Assembly: GCA_041183865.1 (NCBI GenBank)
Contig: JBEGKW010000011.1
Coordinates: 6,900 to 70,899, forward strand
Source of the DNA: Actinomycetota bacterium
GTDB taxonomy: Bacteria > Actinomycetota > Actinomycetes > Actinomycetales > Microbacteriaceae
Direction: 5' to 3'
DNA length: 64,000 bases
The notes beneath the pieces were generated by a model. It was not told the DNA's origin and searched no databases. It saw nothing but the letters and a program-made list of their open reading frames with translations. This document shows positions 26,559-39,584 of the stretch, piece by piece. Numbering within the stretch: position 1 is the stretch's first letter; every line of letters starts with the position of its first letter. Made by a program: the position numbers and the translations under genes.

Positions 26559-27839
26559 CTATTTTGCGATCGAGCTGCAAAGACGGTGATGCAGAGTGAG
26601 GGCGCTCTGGTCGGTCAGGCAAGCGATCTGGTCGACGATAACACGGTGTTTCATCGCATCATCCGAAGCCTTTGACCAAGCGAGTGAACTGAAGGCATCG
26701 AGATTTTGGCCGTTGGACGCTAACAGCGCGTCAGCTAACTCGGTGAGGAGGTTTCTCTGCCATTCGTAGAAGGGTCTGCGCGATTCGTGCGACATGAGAA
26801 ATGCAGAAACGATGCCCTTCAAAACCGAGATCTCAGCCTCAACCTCTTTCGGAATCACCAAGATCGAACCGAATCTAACCAGTGATTCTGCTGGGGAGGC
26901 ATCCATGATGGCGTCGACTGTTCGACTGACTAGCGAACCGATTAGCGCCGAAGTCAAGTTTTTCAGGGTACCGAGCCCCACTGTTGAGTGATCAAAGCTA
27001 GTTAGCCAGTATGGGTTGGAGCGAAGACGTTGCAAAGCTGCAGCAAGATCTTCCTTTGAAATCTTTCCGCCATTCCAAGCGCCGATCTTCTCAAGAAGTT
27101 CGCTCTCGCTCGCCTGGTCGGCCAAAACGGTTACATCAATGAATTTAGAGACAATCGCATCTTCAAAGTCGTGTACCGAATAGGCGACATCATCGGCAAA
27201 GTCCATGACTTGAGCTTCGACGCTCTTTTGCTTAAGTGGGGCACCCTGGCGAAGCCATTCGAATACCTCTAGGTCGTCATCGTAGGCACCGAACTTTACT
27301 GACTGATCGGCGCCAACTTCGGCCACCGCGTCAAGTCTTCGCCAAGGATACTTGCAGGTAGCATCGAGGCTCGCACGAGTTAGGTTTAGGCCGTATGAGC
27401 GGCCCTCTGCCGTGATTACCTTGGGTTCGATGCGGGTAAGTAGACGCAGCGTTTGTGCATTGCCTTCGAAGCCACCAAAATCTCGAGACCAGGCATCCAA
27501 GGCCTTTTCGCCATTGTGACCGAAAGGAGGGTGACCTAGATCGTGAGCCAAACAGGCCATGTCGACCATGTCGGCATTCAAGCCAAGGTCGATAGCCATC
27601 TCTCGGCCAATTTGGGCAACTTCGAGCGAATGCGTGAGGCGGGTTCTGGCGAAATCGCCTCCTGAGGGGCTGAGCACCTGAGTCTTAGCGCCAAGGCGCC
27701 GTAGAGCCGATGAATGCACAACGCGAGCGCGGTCGCGAGCAAACTCGCCTCGACGTCCGGCCGAGTTACGTTCTTCTGGAAGAAAACGTTCGCGGTCGAA
27801 GTCGCTATAGCCGAACTCTTGAGTTTCGCGGTTGTCCAT
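26559..27839 (-). CDS. dgt: dGTP triphosphohydrolase
   Basis: [41 protein letters not shown] and FEGNAQ motifs. Confidence 0.95.
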   Translation of the reverse strand: MDNRETQEFGYSDFDRERFLPEERNSAGRRGEFARDRARVVHSSALRRLGAKTQVLSPSGGDFARTRLTHSLEVAQIGREMAIDLGLNADMVDMACLAHDLGHPPFGHNGEKALDAWSRDFGGFEGNAQTLRLLTRIEPKVITAEGRSYGLNLTRASLDATCKYPWRRLDAVAEVGADQSVKFGAYDDDLEVFEWLRQGAPLKQKSVEAQVMDFADDVAYSVHDFEDAIVSKFIDVTVLADQASESELLEKIGAWNGGKISKEDLAAALQRLRSNPYWLTSFDHSTVGLGTLKNLTSALIGSLVSRTVDAIMDASPAESLVRFGSILVIPKEVEAEISVLKGIVSAFLMSHESRRPFYEWQRNLLTELADALLASNGQNLDAFSSLAWSKASDDAMKHRVIVDQIACLTDQSALTLHHRLCSSIAK

Positions 27840-29018
27840 TTAGCCTCCCGAGACAGAAAGCTCTGCCTCTTGCAACATCTTGCGCTGGTCGCCGACCAAC
27901 TCGCGGGAGTCTAGCCAGTTTTCTGGCAAGGCTGTTTGCTTGGCGCCTCCGAGGCGACCACGAGGGCCTTCGGCTTCTTCGCCAGGATAAGGCTGACTGC
28001 GATCTAGAGTTCCAAGGATTTCATCCATGTGGCTTAGCGATTCGACCTGGGCTAGAGTCGCGCGGAATTCGCCGCCGACCGGGTAACCCTTGAAGTACCA
28101 AGCCACGTGTTTGCGAATGTCGCGGCAGGCCTTAGCTTCGTCTTCAAAGAAGTCAACCAATAGCTCACCGTGGCGTTTGAATGCGTCGGCAACCTGGCCT
28201 AAGTTCGGCTGGATTGGGTCAATTGCTGCGTTCGAGTTTGGATCGCGTTGGTACTCGTCAAAGGCGGCCTGAAGATCACCGAATAGCCACGGACGCCCGA
28301 GACAACCTCGACCCACTACGACACCGTCGACGCCAGTTTCGCGCATCATTCGGATAGCGTCAGCTGCCGACCAGATGTCACCGTTGCCTAGCACCTGGAC
28401 ATCCGGGAGCGACTCACGCAAAGTGGCGATGGAACCCCAGTCTGCCGTGCCTGAGTAATACTCGGAAGCAGTGCGGCCGTGCAGTGCAATAGCGGTCACG
28501 CCGGCGTCTCTAGCCGCTTTACCGGCGTCGAGGTAGGTCAGGTGATTGTCATCGATGCCTTTGCGCATCTTTACCGTTAGCGGGATGTCTCCGGCGGCTT
28601 TTACGGCGGCATTCACGATTGACGCGAAGAGATCCTGCTTCCAAGGCAAAGCTGCGCCGCCACCCTTTCGAGTGACCTTTGGCACTGGGCAACCAAAATT
28701 CAGATCGATGTGATCAGCGCGATCTTCAGCGACAAGGATGGTGACAGCCTCGGCAATGGTCTTTGGGTCAACGCCGTACAACTGAACCGAGCGAATCTCT
28801 TCTGAAGGGTGATGCCCGACCAAACGCAGCGACTCTTCGTTTCGCTCGACGAGCGCACGTGAAGTCACCATTTCTGCAACGTATAGACCACCGCCGAATT
28901 CACGGCAGAGCAAGCGGAACGCAGTATTGGTGATGCCAGCCATCGGCGCCAAGACCACGGGGGTCTTGATCCCGATTTTGCCGTACTGCAATGCCGGCGC
29001 TGAAATCTGCTGCGTCAT
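27840..29018 (-). CDS. dusB: tRNA-dihydrouridine synthase B
   Basis: LAPMAGIT, DLNFGCP, HGRT and NGDI motifs. Confidence 0.94.
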   Translation of the reverse strand: MTQQISAPALQYGKIGIKTPVVLAPMAGITNTAFRLLCREFGGGLYVAEMVTSRALVERNEESLRLVGHHPSEEIRSVQLYGVDPKTIAEAVTILVAEDRADHIDLNFGCPVPKVTRKGGGAALPWKQDLFASIVNAAVKAAGDIPLTVKMRKGIDDNHLTYLDAGKAARDAGVTAIALHGRTASEYYSGTADWGSIATLRESLPDVQVLGNGDIWSAADAIRMMRETGVDGVVVGRGCLGRPWLFGDLQAAFDEYQRDPNSNAAIDPIQPNLGQVADAFKRHGELLVDFFEDEAKACRDIRKHVAWYFKGYPVGGEFRATLAQVESLSHMDEILGTLDRSQPYPGEEAEGPRGRLGGAKQTALPENWLDSRELVGDQRKMLQEAELSVSGG

Positions 29019-29024
29019 TTTGCC

Positions 29025-30404
29025 TTAGGAAACTAGCTTTGCGCCTAGGTATTCACGAAGCTTCGAGAGCGAGACGCGCTCCTGCTGCATGGTGTCGCGC
29101 TCGCGAACGGTAACTGCCTGATCGTCAAGAGTTTCGAAGTCAACGGTGACACAGAACGGTGTACCGATTTCATCCTGGCGACGGTATCGGCGGCCGATAG
29201 CGCCGGCATCGTCGAAATCGATGTTCCAGTAGCCGCGAAGCTCTTGCGCAAGGTTGCGGGCAACCGGCGATAGATCTTCGTTTCGTGAAAGCGGAAGAAT
29301 TGCTGCCTTGACTGGAGCGAGTCGGTAGTCAAGTCGCAAGACCGTGCGCACATCCACGCCACCCTTAGTGTTTGGCGCTTCATCCTCGTGATAAGCGTCA
29401 ACCAGGAATGCCATCAGTGAACGAGTAAGACCAGCGGCCGGCTCGATGACGTATGGAGTCCAACGTTCACCCTTGGCCTGGTCGAAGTAGCTCAAATCGA
29501 CACCTGACTCGCGAGAGTGCGTGCTTAGGTCGAAGTCGGTGCGGTTAGCGATGCCCTCAAGCTCACCGAACTCACTGCCCTGGAAGCCGAAACGGTACTC
29601 GATGTCGACGGTGCGCTTCGAGTAGTGCGAGAGTTTCTCTTTGGCGTGCTCGTAGAGACGAAGATTGTCTGGATTGATACCGAGATCGGTGTACCAGTTC
29701 ATTCGCTGTTCGATCCAGTAGTCATGCCATTCTTCGTCTGTTCCAGGCTCGACGAAGAATTCCATCTCCATCTGCTCGAACTCACGAGTGCGGAAAATGA
29801 AGTTTCCTGGAGTGATCTCGTTGCGGAAGGACTTTCCGATCTGGCCGATGCCGAACGGCGGCTTCATGCGAGCGGCGCCGAGAACGTTGGCAAAGTTCAC
29901 GAAGATACCCTGAGCGGTCTCTGGGCGAAGGTAGTGCAGGCCTTCTTCTGCGGCAACTGGACCCAAGAAGGTCTGTAGCAGGCCGTTGAATGCCTTTGGC
30001 TCTGTCCAGATGTTCTTGCCACCACAGTTAGGGCAGGCAATGTCGTTCATGCTCTCAGGAGCACGGCCCTTCTTCTCCTCGAAGGCTTCTTCAAGGTGGT
30101 CCTGTCGAAAACGTTTGTGACAAGCGGTGCACTCGATTAGCGGGTCTGAGAACTCGCGAACGTGTCCGGATACCTCCCAAACCTTGCGAGGAAGAATGAC
30201 TGAAGAGTCAAGGCCTACGATGTCTTCGCGGCTCTGAACCACGGTGCGCCACCACTGCTTCTTGATGTTTTCTTTCAGCTCTACACCGAGGGGTCCGTAA
30301 TCCCACGCCGAACGGCTACCGCCGTAGATTTCGCCGGCCTGGAAAACAAATCCACGACGCTTTGCGAGAGAAATTACTGAATCTAGACGATTTGGGGTAG
30401 CCAC
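29025..30404 (-). CDS. glyQS: Glycine-tRNA ligase (alpha2 type)
   Basis: [30 protein letters not shown] and [11 protein letters not shown] motifs. Confidence 0.97.
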   Translation of the reverse strand: MATPNRLDSVISLAKRRGFVFQAGEIYGGSRSAWDYGPLGVELKENIKKQWWRTVVQSREDIVGLDSSVILPRKVWEVSGHVREFSDPLIECTACHKRFRQDHLEEAFEEKKGRAPESMNDIACPNCGGKNIWTEPKAFNGLLQTFLGPVAAEEGLHYLRPETAQGIFVNFANVLGAARMKPPFGIGQIGKSFRNEITPGNFIFRTREFEQMEMEFFVEPGTDEEWHDYWIEQRMNWYTDLGINPDNLRLYEHAKEKLSHYSKRTVDIEYRFGFQGSEFGELEGIANRTDFDLSTHSRESGVDLSYFDQAKGERWTPYVIEPAAGLTRSLMAFLVDAYHEDEAPNTKGGVDVRTVLRLDYRLAPVKAAILPLSRNEDLSPVARNLAQELRGYWNIDFDDAGAIGRRYRRQDEIGTPFCVTVDFETLDDQAVTVRERDTMQQERVSLSKLREYLGAKLVS

Positions 30405-30455
30405 TTAAACTCCTTGCCCAAGCTGGATGCCTGGCACTTGTTCGAAGTTCTAAGT

Positions 30456-31241
30456 CTACTTTGACTTCTTGGTTTTTGGCTTGTCTATTGCCCCACCAAA
30501 TCGGCGGTCGCGACTGACATACTGGCCGATGGCATCCCACAGTGAAGTGCGGTCGAAATCTGGCCAGAGGGTATCCATGAAGACGAACTCGGCATAGGCC
30601 GATTGCCAGAGCAAGAAGTTTGAGGTGCGCTGCTCCCCCGAGCTTCTCAGAAACAGATCAACATCTGGCAGATAGCTTGAGTTGAGGTAACGACTGACGG
30701 TTTTATCGCTCACCGAACCAGGTTTGAGCTTACCTGAGGCCACATCCTGGGTGATTGCATTTATCGCGTCGGTGATCTCGACCCGCGAGCCATAGTTGAC
30801 GCACATGGTCAGCGTGAGCTTGGTGTTCTTTTCGGTTAGCGTCTCTGCGGCCTTGAGCTCGTCGATGACCGACAGCCAGAGCTTAGGGCGACGACCAGCC
30901 CATCGAATACGAACGCCCCAAGCATTTAGCTGATCGCGACGGCGGCGAAGCACCTCGCGATTGAAGCCCATTAGGAACCGGACCTCGTCCGGTGAACGCT
31001 TCCAGTTCTCGGTAGAAAATGCGTAGACGGTTAGGTTCGTTACTCCGGCCTCTAAGGCGCCAGCAACCACATCCAGGAGCGCAGCCTCACCGGCTTTGTG
31101 GCCTTCGATTCGAGTGAGTCCACGTTCATTTGCCCAGCGACCATTGCCATCCATCACGATGGCGATGTGCTTAGGAACCGATCCTTCAGGAAACGCCGGC
31201 AAGTCAACGCCGGGCCTCTTGACCGGTACAAATTCGTTCAT
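30456..31241 (-). CDS. uppS: Isoprenyl transferase (undecaprenyl diphosphate synthase family)
   Basis: [21 protein letters not shown] and [11 protein letters not shown] motifs; start taken at the ATGA overlap with recO. Confidence 0.93.
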   Translation of the reverse strand: MNEFVPVKRPGVDLPAFPEGSVPKHIAIVMDGNGRWANERGLTRIEGHKAGEAALLDVVAGALEAGVTNLTVYAFSTENWKRSPDEVRFLMGFNREVLRRRRDQLNAWGVRIRWAGRRPKLWLSVIDELKAAETLTEKNTKLTLTMCVNYGSRVEITDAINAITQDVASGKLKPGSVSDKTVSRYLNSSYLPDVDLFLRSSGEQRTSNFLLWQSAYAEFVFMDTLWPDFDRTSLWDAIGQYVSRDRRFGGAIDKPKTKKSK

Positions 31242-31963
31242 TGACGCTCCACGTGTTGCAAGGACTTGAGCCCGCGTTCGATGTGCCACTGGCTATAAGC
31301 AGAAACAATACCCGATGCCGCACCACGGATGCTTTCAGGAGCAGCGTCGGCAATCGCCCAATCGCCAGCCAGAAGCGCACCAAGGAGTTCACCAGTGTGC
31401 GGGTCGATCACGGCCGCACCTGCTGGTCGACAGTCACGGCAGACTACTCCACCGAGTTGCATCACGAAGGCCTGGTGAGGTCCAGGTGCTTCACATCGCG
31501 CGCAATCGACGAAATTTGGAGCCCAACCGGCGATTGATAAGGCTCGAAGCAGGTATGAATCCAGGATGAGTGAAGCGTCGTGTTCTTTATTCGCGAGCGA
31601 GCGAAGCGCACCGACCAAAAGCAAGTACTGCTGCGGAGTTGAGTCGTCTCCGGTTAGTTTCTCAGCGGTCTCGACCATCGCGGTCGCCGCCGTATAGGTT
31701 CGGTAGTCCTCAATGATCTCTCGACCGTATGCGCCGATTGTTTCGGCTTGATTGACGATGTCTAGGGTTCGCCCCTCGTAAAACTGGGCCTCAACCACCA
31801 TGAACGGCTCTAGGCGAGAACCAAACTTTGAACCGGTTCGGCGAACACCCTTGGCAACTGCACGAATCTGCCCGTTATATCGAGAAAGAAGCGTAACAAT
31901 ACGGTCTGCTTCACCCAGCTTGTGGGTGCGCAAGACAACGGCTTCATCCTTGTATGTGGGCAC
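31238..31963 (-). CDS. recO: DNA repair protein RecO
   Basis: [31 protein letters not shown] and CARC...CRDC motifs. Confidence 0.95.
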   Translation of the reverse strand: MPTYKDEAVVLRTHKLGEADRIVTLLSRYNGQIRAVAKGVRRTGSKFGSRLEPFMVVEAQFYEGRTLDIVNQAETIGAYGREIIEDYRTYTAATAMVETAEKLTGDDSTPQQYLLLVGALRSLANKEHDASLILDSYLLRALSIAGWAPNFVDCARCEAPGPHQAFVMQLGGVVCRDCRPAGAAVIDPHTGELLGALLAGDWAIADAAPESIRGAASGIVSAYSQWHIERGLKSLQHVERQ

Positions 31964-31973
31964 CAAACAAGTA

Positions 31974-32001
31974 TCCCCCGACAGCGGAAGCTATCGGGGG
32001 A
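31974..32001 (-). terminator. Hairpin after leuA
   Basis: TCCCCCGATAGC-TTCC-GCTGTCGGGGGA followed by TACTTGTTT on the minus strand. Confidence 0.65.
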
Positions 32002-32015
32002 ACTCGCAGACGTGA

Positions 32016-33818
<1,803 letters not shown>

Positions 33819-33834
<16 letters not shown>

Positions 33835-33860
33835 CCACTAAGAAGTAGACCGAAGAACAC
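33819..33860 (-). CDS. leuA leader peptide (MFFGLLLSGRDEA)
   Basis: GTG TTC TTC GGT CTA CTT CTT AGT GGC CGC GAC GAG GCC TAA; three tandem Leu codons; resembles actinobacterial leuA leader peptides; TAACCT -10 lies 6 nt upstream. Confidence 0.8.
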
Positions 33861-33875
33861 ACTTTCAGGTTAGCA

Positions 33876-34766
33876 CTAGAAGCCGAGCTTGCCCAGCTGT
33901 TTCGGGTCTCGCTGCCATTCAGAGGCAACCTTCACACGAAGCCCAAGGAACACCTTGTGCCCGATGAGTTTCTCAATTTCGAGTCTTGAACGCTTGCCAA
34001 CATCAATCAACCGAGAACCCTTGTGTCCGATGATGATACCCTTCTGGCTATCGCGCTCGACAAAAATATTTGCGTGAATGTCGGTCAGGTTTTGACCCTT
34101 GCGACGAGACATTTCGTCAATGGTTACAGCGATCGAGTGCGGCAGTTCGTCTCGAACTCCCTCAAGCGCGGCTTCACGGATGAGTTCGCAGATGCGATTC
34201 TCTAGAGTCTCGTCGGTCACTGCCTCTGGTGGATAAAGCGCAGGAGATTCAGGCATCAAGTCGATGAGCACCTTGGTCAAGACTTCAAGCTGGTCGTCAG
34301 CCACCGCAGAGACGGGCACGATTGCTCGCCAGTCACGCAAGGCCGCAACGGCAACCAACTGCTCTGCAAGTTGCTCGGGACCAACCAATTCACTCTTGGT
34401 GATCACGGCGACCAATTTTGCTCGTCTGAATTCGTTCAGTTGCTCGTTAATGAAGTTGTCACCCGGGCCGATTTTTTCATTCGCCGGAATGCAGAACCCA
34501 ATCACATCAACATCGCCGAGGGTCTGCTCGACGAGATCATTCAGACGCTGACCCAAAAGAGTGCGAGGTCGGTGCAAACCCGGAGTGTCAACGAGGATCA
34601 ACTGCCCGAAGTCTCGGTGCACGATACCGCGAATTGCTCGACGCGTAGTTTGCGGCTTAGAGCTGGTGATCGCAATCTTCTCACCCACCAACGCGTTGGT
34701 AAGGGTCGATTTGCCAACGTTTGGGCGCCCCACGAAGGACGCAAAGCCTGATCTGTGATCCACCAT
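33876..34766 (-). CDS. era: GTPase Era
   Basis: GRPNVGKST, PQTTR, DTPG and VERDSQKGIIIG (KH domain) motifs. Confidence 0.97.
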   Translation of the reverse strand: MVDHRSGFASFVGRPNVGKSTLTNALVGEKIAITSSKPQTTRRAIRGIVHRDFGQLILVDTPGLHRPRTLLGQRLNDLVEQTLGDVDVIGFCIPANEKIGPGDNFINEQLNEFRRAKLVAVITKSELVGPEQLAEQLVAVAALRDWRAIVPVSAVADDQLEVLTKVLIDLMPESPALYPPEAVTDETLENRICELIREAALEGVRDELPHSIAVTIDEMSRRKGQNLTDIHANIFVERDSQKGIIIGHKGSRLIDVGKRSRLEIEKLIGHKVFLGLRVKVASEWQRDPKQLGKLGF

Positions 34767-35902
34767 TATTTCTCCTGCTCGATTGACTCGAAGGCAGACT
34801 CCATGTCGGCCAAATCTTGTTGCTTGCTAACCATAACGGTGATGAGGCGCTTGCGACGACCCTCGATTCGATCCGCAGTGAAACTAAGCCCGCTAAAGGT
34901 CACGCTGTCGCCACGCTTTGGCAATCGGCCGAGCTCCTTGGTGAGCAAACCGCCAACGCTGTCTACGTCTTCATCCTCTAGTTCCAGGTCAAATAACTCA
35001 CCGAGTTCAAAGAGCGAGAAACGTGCATTGACGCGCATTGAGCCATCGGCCAGAGTTTCAACATCCGCAACATCTCGATCGTACTCATCCGAGATTTCGC
35101 CAACAATCTCCTCGATCACGTCTTCCATGGTTGCCAAACCGGCGACTCCCCCGTATTCATCAATAATGATGGCAATGTGGCGGCTACTCTTCTGCATCTC
35201 TCGCAAAAGATCATCCACGGGTTTGGACTCAGGGATGAAAATCGCTGACCTGGCAACGGATTCTGCAGTGGTCGTGGCCATGGAGTTCGCCGACTCGTGA
35301 AGCAATCGCGCAACATCCTTGATGTAAAGAACGCCTCGAACATCGTCTACGTCTTTGCCGACCACCGGAAGTCTCGAATATCCGCGACTGAAGAAAACGC
35401 TCATTGCGGTGGTCAAATTGGCTTCTGCCGAGATGGTCGCCATGTCGATTCGCGGAACCATGATCTCGCGCACGATGGTCTCACCGAAATCTTCGACCGA
35501 ATCCAAGAGCTCTTGTTCGAACTCTTCGGGTTCATCGATTTTAGGCAGTGATAACGGCGTGAAAAGCAGGTGCACAGAGTTAACCAGCGGCATTAGCGCC
35601 ATGGCAAGTTTCCGGCCGATAATCAAGTGGCCAAGACGTCGGCTTGCGATCTGCGAACCGAACAAAAGAATGAACATTAGACCGGTGGCAACCGCAGCAG
35701 ACCACCACCAGGCCAAACCCAGCGGCGTAAATGCTTCTCCAACGACGACACCGAATATGCCGGTGAGGGTCAAACGAACGAAACTGAGCGACTCGGCCTT
35801 TGCAACGTCATCCTGACTGGCTTCGAGAGCGGCCTTTACGACCGCGGTGACCAGCGTGAGTAATGCTATTGCCAACGCAGACCAGAACGCGACTACCAAC
35901 AA
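34766..35902 (-). CDS. CorC/HlyC-family CBS-domain protein with a shortened N-terminal membrane domain
   Basis: VREIMVPRIDM, GYSRLPV, DEYGGVAGL..EDVIEEIVGEI.DEYD and C-terminal CorC domain. Confidence 0.88.
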   Translation of the reverse strand: MLVVAFWSALAIALLTLVTAVVKAALEASQDDVAKAESLSFVRLTLTGIFGVVVGEAFTPLGLAWWWSAAVATGLMFILLFGSQIASRRLGHLIIGRKLAMALMPLVNSVHLLFTPLSLPKIDEPEEFEQELLDSVEDFGETIVREIMVPRIDMATISAEANLTTAMSVFFSRGYSRLPVVGKDVDDVRGVLYIKDVARLLHESANSMATTTAESVARSAIFIPESKPVDDLLREMQKSSRHIAIIIDEYGGVAGLATMEDVIEEIVGEISDEYDRDVADVETLADGSMRVNARFSLFELGELFDLELEDEDVDSVGGLLTKELGRLPKRGDSVTFSGLSFTADRIEGRRKRLITVMVSKQQDLADMESAFESIEQEK

Positions 35903-36364
35903 TTAGGCACCGAGTTCGCTCGCGTAAAACGCTTCTAGAATTTCGCGTTGCAAACCGAACATTTCTTTCTCTTCTTCTGGCTCTGCGTGGTCGAAGCCGA
36001 GCAGGTGAAGAACTCCGTGGGTGGTTAGCAGCAAAATCTCATTGATTGTGTCGTGCCCAGCCACCTCTGCCTGCGCAGCTGCAACCTGCGGGCAAACGAC
36101 GATGTCACCCAGCAGACCGGCAGGAGTTAGTTGTCCTTCTGAACCCGGTCGCAACTCGTCCATCGGAAAACTAAGGACATCGGTCGGCCCCGGCTCATCC
36201 ATCCATTGAACGTGCAGGACTTCCATTGCAGGTTCATCGACAAAAACGATGGCAAGGTCGGTGTCTGGGTGCAAGTGCATGTGGTCTAAAGCAAAGGTCG
36301 CTAGCGCTAAGACCCTGACCTCGTCGACTGCGACGGCAGACTCATTATTTATTTCGATGCTCAT
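35903..36364 (-). CDS. ybeY: rRNA maturation RNase YbeY
   Basis: PTDVLSFP, LGDIV and HGVLHLLGFDH motifs. Confidence 0.96.
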   Translation of the reverse strand: MSIEINNESAVAVDEVRVLALATFALDHMHLHPDTDLAIVFVDEPAMEVLHVQWMDEPGPTDVLSFPMDELRPGSEGQLTPAGLLGDIVVCPQVAAAQAEVAGHDTINEILLLTTHGVLHLLGFDHAEPEEEKEMFGLQREILEAFYASELGA

Positions 36365-37407
36365 TTGTCGGTCGCTTTCTTTGCTATGCGCCTTTGCGCC
36401 GCTTCGTTATCAGCGGTTTTCTTGGCTAACTTGGCGTCGTCATGCTTCGAGTACGCGTCAACGATTTTGGCAACTAGTGTGTGACGCACTACGTCTTCGG
36501 AGGTAAGAGTTGAGAAGTGCATATCCTCGACATCCTTGAGCACCTCCGCGGCCAAACGCAGCCCGGATGTGCCATTAGGCAGGTCAATTTGAGTCACGTC
36601 ACCCGTGACAATCATTTTCGAGTTGAAGCCCAGGCGGGTCAGGAACATCTTCATCTGTTCGGGGGTAGTGTTTTGAGCCTCATCCAGGATGATGAACGCG
36701 TCGTTCAAGGTTCGGCCACGCATGTAGGCCAGCGGCGCAACCTCGATGGTGCCAGAAGTCATCAGCTTAGGAATCGACTCCGGATCGAGCATGTCGTGTA
36801 AAGCATCGAAAAGCGGTCTCAGGTATGGGTCAATCTTGTCGTTGAGTGTACCTGGCAAGAAGCCAAGCTTTTCGCCGGCTTCTACGGCGGGGCGAGTGAG
36901 AATGATGCGGCTAATCTCTTTGCGCTGAAGAGCTTGCACTGCTTTAGCCATAGCAAGGTAGGTCTTACCGGTACCGGCGGGGCCGATTCCGAAAACAATG
37001 GTGTTGTTGTCAATTGCATCGACATAAGTCTTTTGACCGAGGGTCTTAGGTCGGATCGTCTTGCCGCGCGAACTTATGATGCTCTGACTCAAGACGTCGG
37101 CGGGCTTCAACTCGCCATCATGAATCATCTTTGCCGAACGCGTCAAGTCCTGAGGCAAGAGGTCTTTGCCGGCACGAATTAGCTCAATCATCTCTTGAAC
37201 GAGTAACTCTGCTGCAGATACCTGAGATGCCTTGCCTTTCAGTACTACAGAGTTACCTCGAGCATGTACCTCAACCTCTGGGTAGGTAGTCTCCAGAGTC
37301 TTCAGCAGCCGATCTTCGGTACCGAAGAGCGCCACCATGAGCACGCCTTCGACTTCGATGCGCGCGGTTGAAAGACGATCTGCAGAAGACTTAGGCACGT
37401 TCACCAC
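36361..37407 (-). CDS. phoH: PhoH-family ATPase (YbeZ-like)
   Basis: GPAGTGKT, RPAVEAGE, RGRTL, DEAQN and GDVTQ motifs. Confidence 0.93.
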   Translation of the reverse strand: MVNVPKSSADRLSTARIEVEGVLMVALFGTEDRLLKTLETTYPEVEVHARGNSVVLKGKASQVSAAELLVQEMIELIRAGKDLLPQDLTRSAKMIHDGELKPADVLSQSIISSRGKTIRPKTLGQKTYVDAIDNNTIVFGIGPAGTGKTYLAMAKAVQALQRKEISRIILTRPAVEAGEKLGFLPGTLNDKIDPYLRPLFDALHDMLDPESIPKLMTSGTIEVAPLAYMRGRTLNDAFIILDEAQNTTPEQMKMFLTRLGFNSKMIVTGDVTQIDLPNGTSGLRLAAEVLKDVEDMHFSTLTSEDVVRHTLVAKIVDAYSKHDDAKLAKKTADNEAAQRRIAKKATDK

Positions 37408-37732
37408 TTGGGGTTCTTGAAGTCAAGTGCCCATGGGCATGGAACACGGTCTGCCCAGCGGCCTCGCCAGTGTTGAACGAAAGCCTGAAACTTTCATCGG
37501 CGAGCTCGATGGCAAGTTCGCTACCGAGCTTCATCAAAGCAACGAGAGAGGCTTCATCGCTCAGAGTCAAGTCGGCAACGTTTGCGTAGTGAAGTTTTGG
37601 AATCACGAGAATGTGCAGTGGTTGGCGTGGTGAAACATCCCAGAAGGCAATGGCCAGGTCGTTCTCGCCAACAAACGTTGCAGGAATTTCTTTTCGCGCA
37701 ATCTTGCAGAATATGCAGTTGTCTTGGGTCAT
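37391..37732 (-). CDS. HIT-family nucleotide hydrolase
   Basis: CIFCKI and AGQTVFHAHGHL motifs; ATG 37732 follows GGAGG. Confidence 0.9.
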   Translation of the reverse strand: MTQDNCIFCKIARKEIPATFVGENDLAIAFWDVSPRQPLHILVIPKLHYANVADLTLSDEASLVALMKLGSELAIELADESFRLSFNTGEAAGQTVFHAHGHLTSRTPSGERA

Positions 37733-37751
37733 CGAGTCCTCCATCATCAGG

Positions 37752-38495
37752 CTATCCCCACAGCCCCAGCTTCGCCTGAATAACTGCGATAGCTGCGACC
37801 CCAGCGGTAGAGGTACGAAGAATTGGTTCGCCGAGGTGCACGCGCTTTGCGCCGGCTTGTTCAAGCGCCAACAGTTCAGAATCGCTGATTCCGCCCTCCG
37901 GCCCGACAACAATGGCAACCGATTTGTGTGCGCCGGTGATGTCAAACCCTCCAAGCCCAACTTCTGCGGTTGGGTCTAGAACAAGCACCAAATCAAAATC
38001 TCCGACAGCGCTGGCCAACTGCTTCGAGTTGATTGGCTGTGCCACTATAGGCTCAAACACTCTCAGTGATTGCTTCGCGGCTTCGGCAACGATGGTCTGC
38101 CAGCGGTCGACACTTTTGGCGACCTTGGCCCCTTCCCACTTTGAAATCGAGCGATCTGCTTGCCAAGGAACTACTCCCCAGCAACCAAGTTCAGTTGCTG
38201 CCTGGATCGAAAGTTCATCGCGGTCACCTTTTGCCAACGCTTGGACAATGGTCAGGCCAACCGTCGGCGCAGTCTCTTGCGCAACCGTATCGATGGCAAC
38301 AGTGAGCGAATTGTTGCCCAACGCCGAAACGGTTCCCCTCACGCGAAGACCCTTTCCGTCGGAAAGTTGAATGCCTTCACCCACACGCATTCGTCTCACG
38401 TTGACTGCATGCTTACCCTCGGAGCCGCCAAGGGTAACGGCGAGGCCCGCAGCTGGTGGGGTGGCAAATTCGGTACGGAAAAGGGGCTCAACCAT
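37752..38495 (-). CDS. rsmE: 16S rRNA m3U1498 methyltransferase
   Basis: HAVNVRR, ATELG, EAAKQS, VGPEGG and ILRTSTAG motifs. Confidence 0.95.
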   Translation of the reverse strand: MVEPLFRTEFATPPAAGLAVTLGGSEGKHAVNVRRMRVGEGIQLSDGKGLRVRGTVSALGNNSLTVAIDTVAQETAPTVGLTIVQALAKGDRDELSIQAATELGCWGVVPWQADRSISKWEGAKVAKSVDRWQTIVAEAAKQSLRVFEPIVAQPINSKQLASAVGDFDLVLVLDPTAEVGLGGFDITGAHKSVAIVVGPEGGISDSELLALEQAGAKRVHLGEPILRTSTAGVAAIAVIQAKLGLWG

Positions 38496-39577
38496 TAGCG
38501 GCGCTTTCCGGCGAAGAAGCCATGGTGGTGCTTTACCAGCTTGATGCTGTCGGTCTTGCGCAGCTTGGCCAAGTTTCGGAAAAGTTCCTTCTGCTTTGAG
38601 TCAAGCTTCGTAGGAGTTAGAACCTGAACGGCAATCTTCAAGTCACCACGACCCGAAGAACGCAGTCGAGTTACGCCCTTGCCCTTGATCGTGATGATGT
38701 CACCGGTTTGTTGGCCCGATGCAACTTCGATTTCGATTTCACCATCGAAGGTTTCTATCTTCGCAAAGCCGCCAAGCACGGCATCGTGCAATGGAACCTC
38801 AACGGTCGCAGTCAAGTCATCACCGGCGCGCCCGAAGACATCGTGCTCCTGAACGGCGATGTCGACATATAGATCTCCGTTTGGGCCACCTGCGAAACCG
38901 ACTTCACCTTGGCCGCTCAACTGAAGACGCAATCCGTCCTCTACACCGGCAGGTACAGCTAGGTCGATGGTTCGACGCGCACGAACACGACCCTGACCAC
39001 GACAGTCAACGCATGGGTCCTGAATAACCTGGCCGAAGCCGCGGCAAGCACCGCAAGGCTGGGAGGTCATCACGTTGCCGAGCAGTGAACGAACCTGACG
39101 CTGAATCTGTCCGGCTCCTCGGCAAACATCACACACGGTGAGCGAGGTTCCAGGTCGGCAGCAAGAACCCTCACAGGTACCACAGAGAACCGCAGTGTCT
39201 ACCTCAATGCTCTTTTCAGCGCCGAAAACCACTTCTTCAAGAGTCATCTCAACTCGCAGCAACGCATCCTGGCCGCGTTCGGAACGAGACCTAGGACCAC
39301 GCTGGCCGCCACCACCGAAGAAGGTATCAAAGATGTCGCCGAAACCACCAAATCCAGATCCTCCGAATGGGTCTTGACCGCCCATGTCGTACTGACGGCG
39401 AGAATCTGCATCACTCAAGACCTCATAGGCGTGGGTTACAGCCTTGAAGCGCTCCTCAGAATCGGCACCAGGGTTCACATCTGGGTGCAGTTCGCGGGCG
39501 AGCTTACGATAGGCCTTTTTGATTTGCTCAGCGCTGGCGTCGCGCTCGACGCCCAAAACCTCATAGTGATCTGCCAT
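38495..39577 (-). CDS. dnaJ: Chaperone DnaJ (DnaJ2 type)
   Basis: J domain with HPD, G/F region and four CxxCxGxG-type repeats. Confidence 0.96.
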   Translation of the reverse strand: MADHYEVLGVERDASAEQIKKAYRKLARELHPDVNPGADSEERFKAVTHAYEVLSDADSRRQYDMGGQDPFGGSGFGGFGDIFDTFFGGGGQRGPRSRSERGQDALLRVEMTLEEVVFGAEKSIEVDTAVLCGTCEGSCCRPGTSLTVCDVCRGAGQIQRQVRSLLGNVMTSQPCGACRGFGQVIQDPCVDCRGQGRVRARRTIDLAVPAGVEDGLRLQLSGQGEVGFAGGPNGDLYVDIAVQEHDVFGRAGDDLTATVEVPLHDAVLGGFAKIETFDGEIEIEVASGQQTGDIITIKGKGVTRLRSSGRGDLKIAVQVLTPTKLDSKQKELFRNLAKLRKTDSIKLVKHHHGFFAGKRR

Positions 39578-39584
39578 TAGAACC

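Noticed and set aside
37733-37960. Long N-terminal extension of the HIT protein
   Set aside because: It overlaps rsmE; ATG 37732 has a GGAGG SD and gives a normal-sized HIT protein
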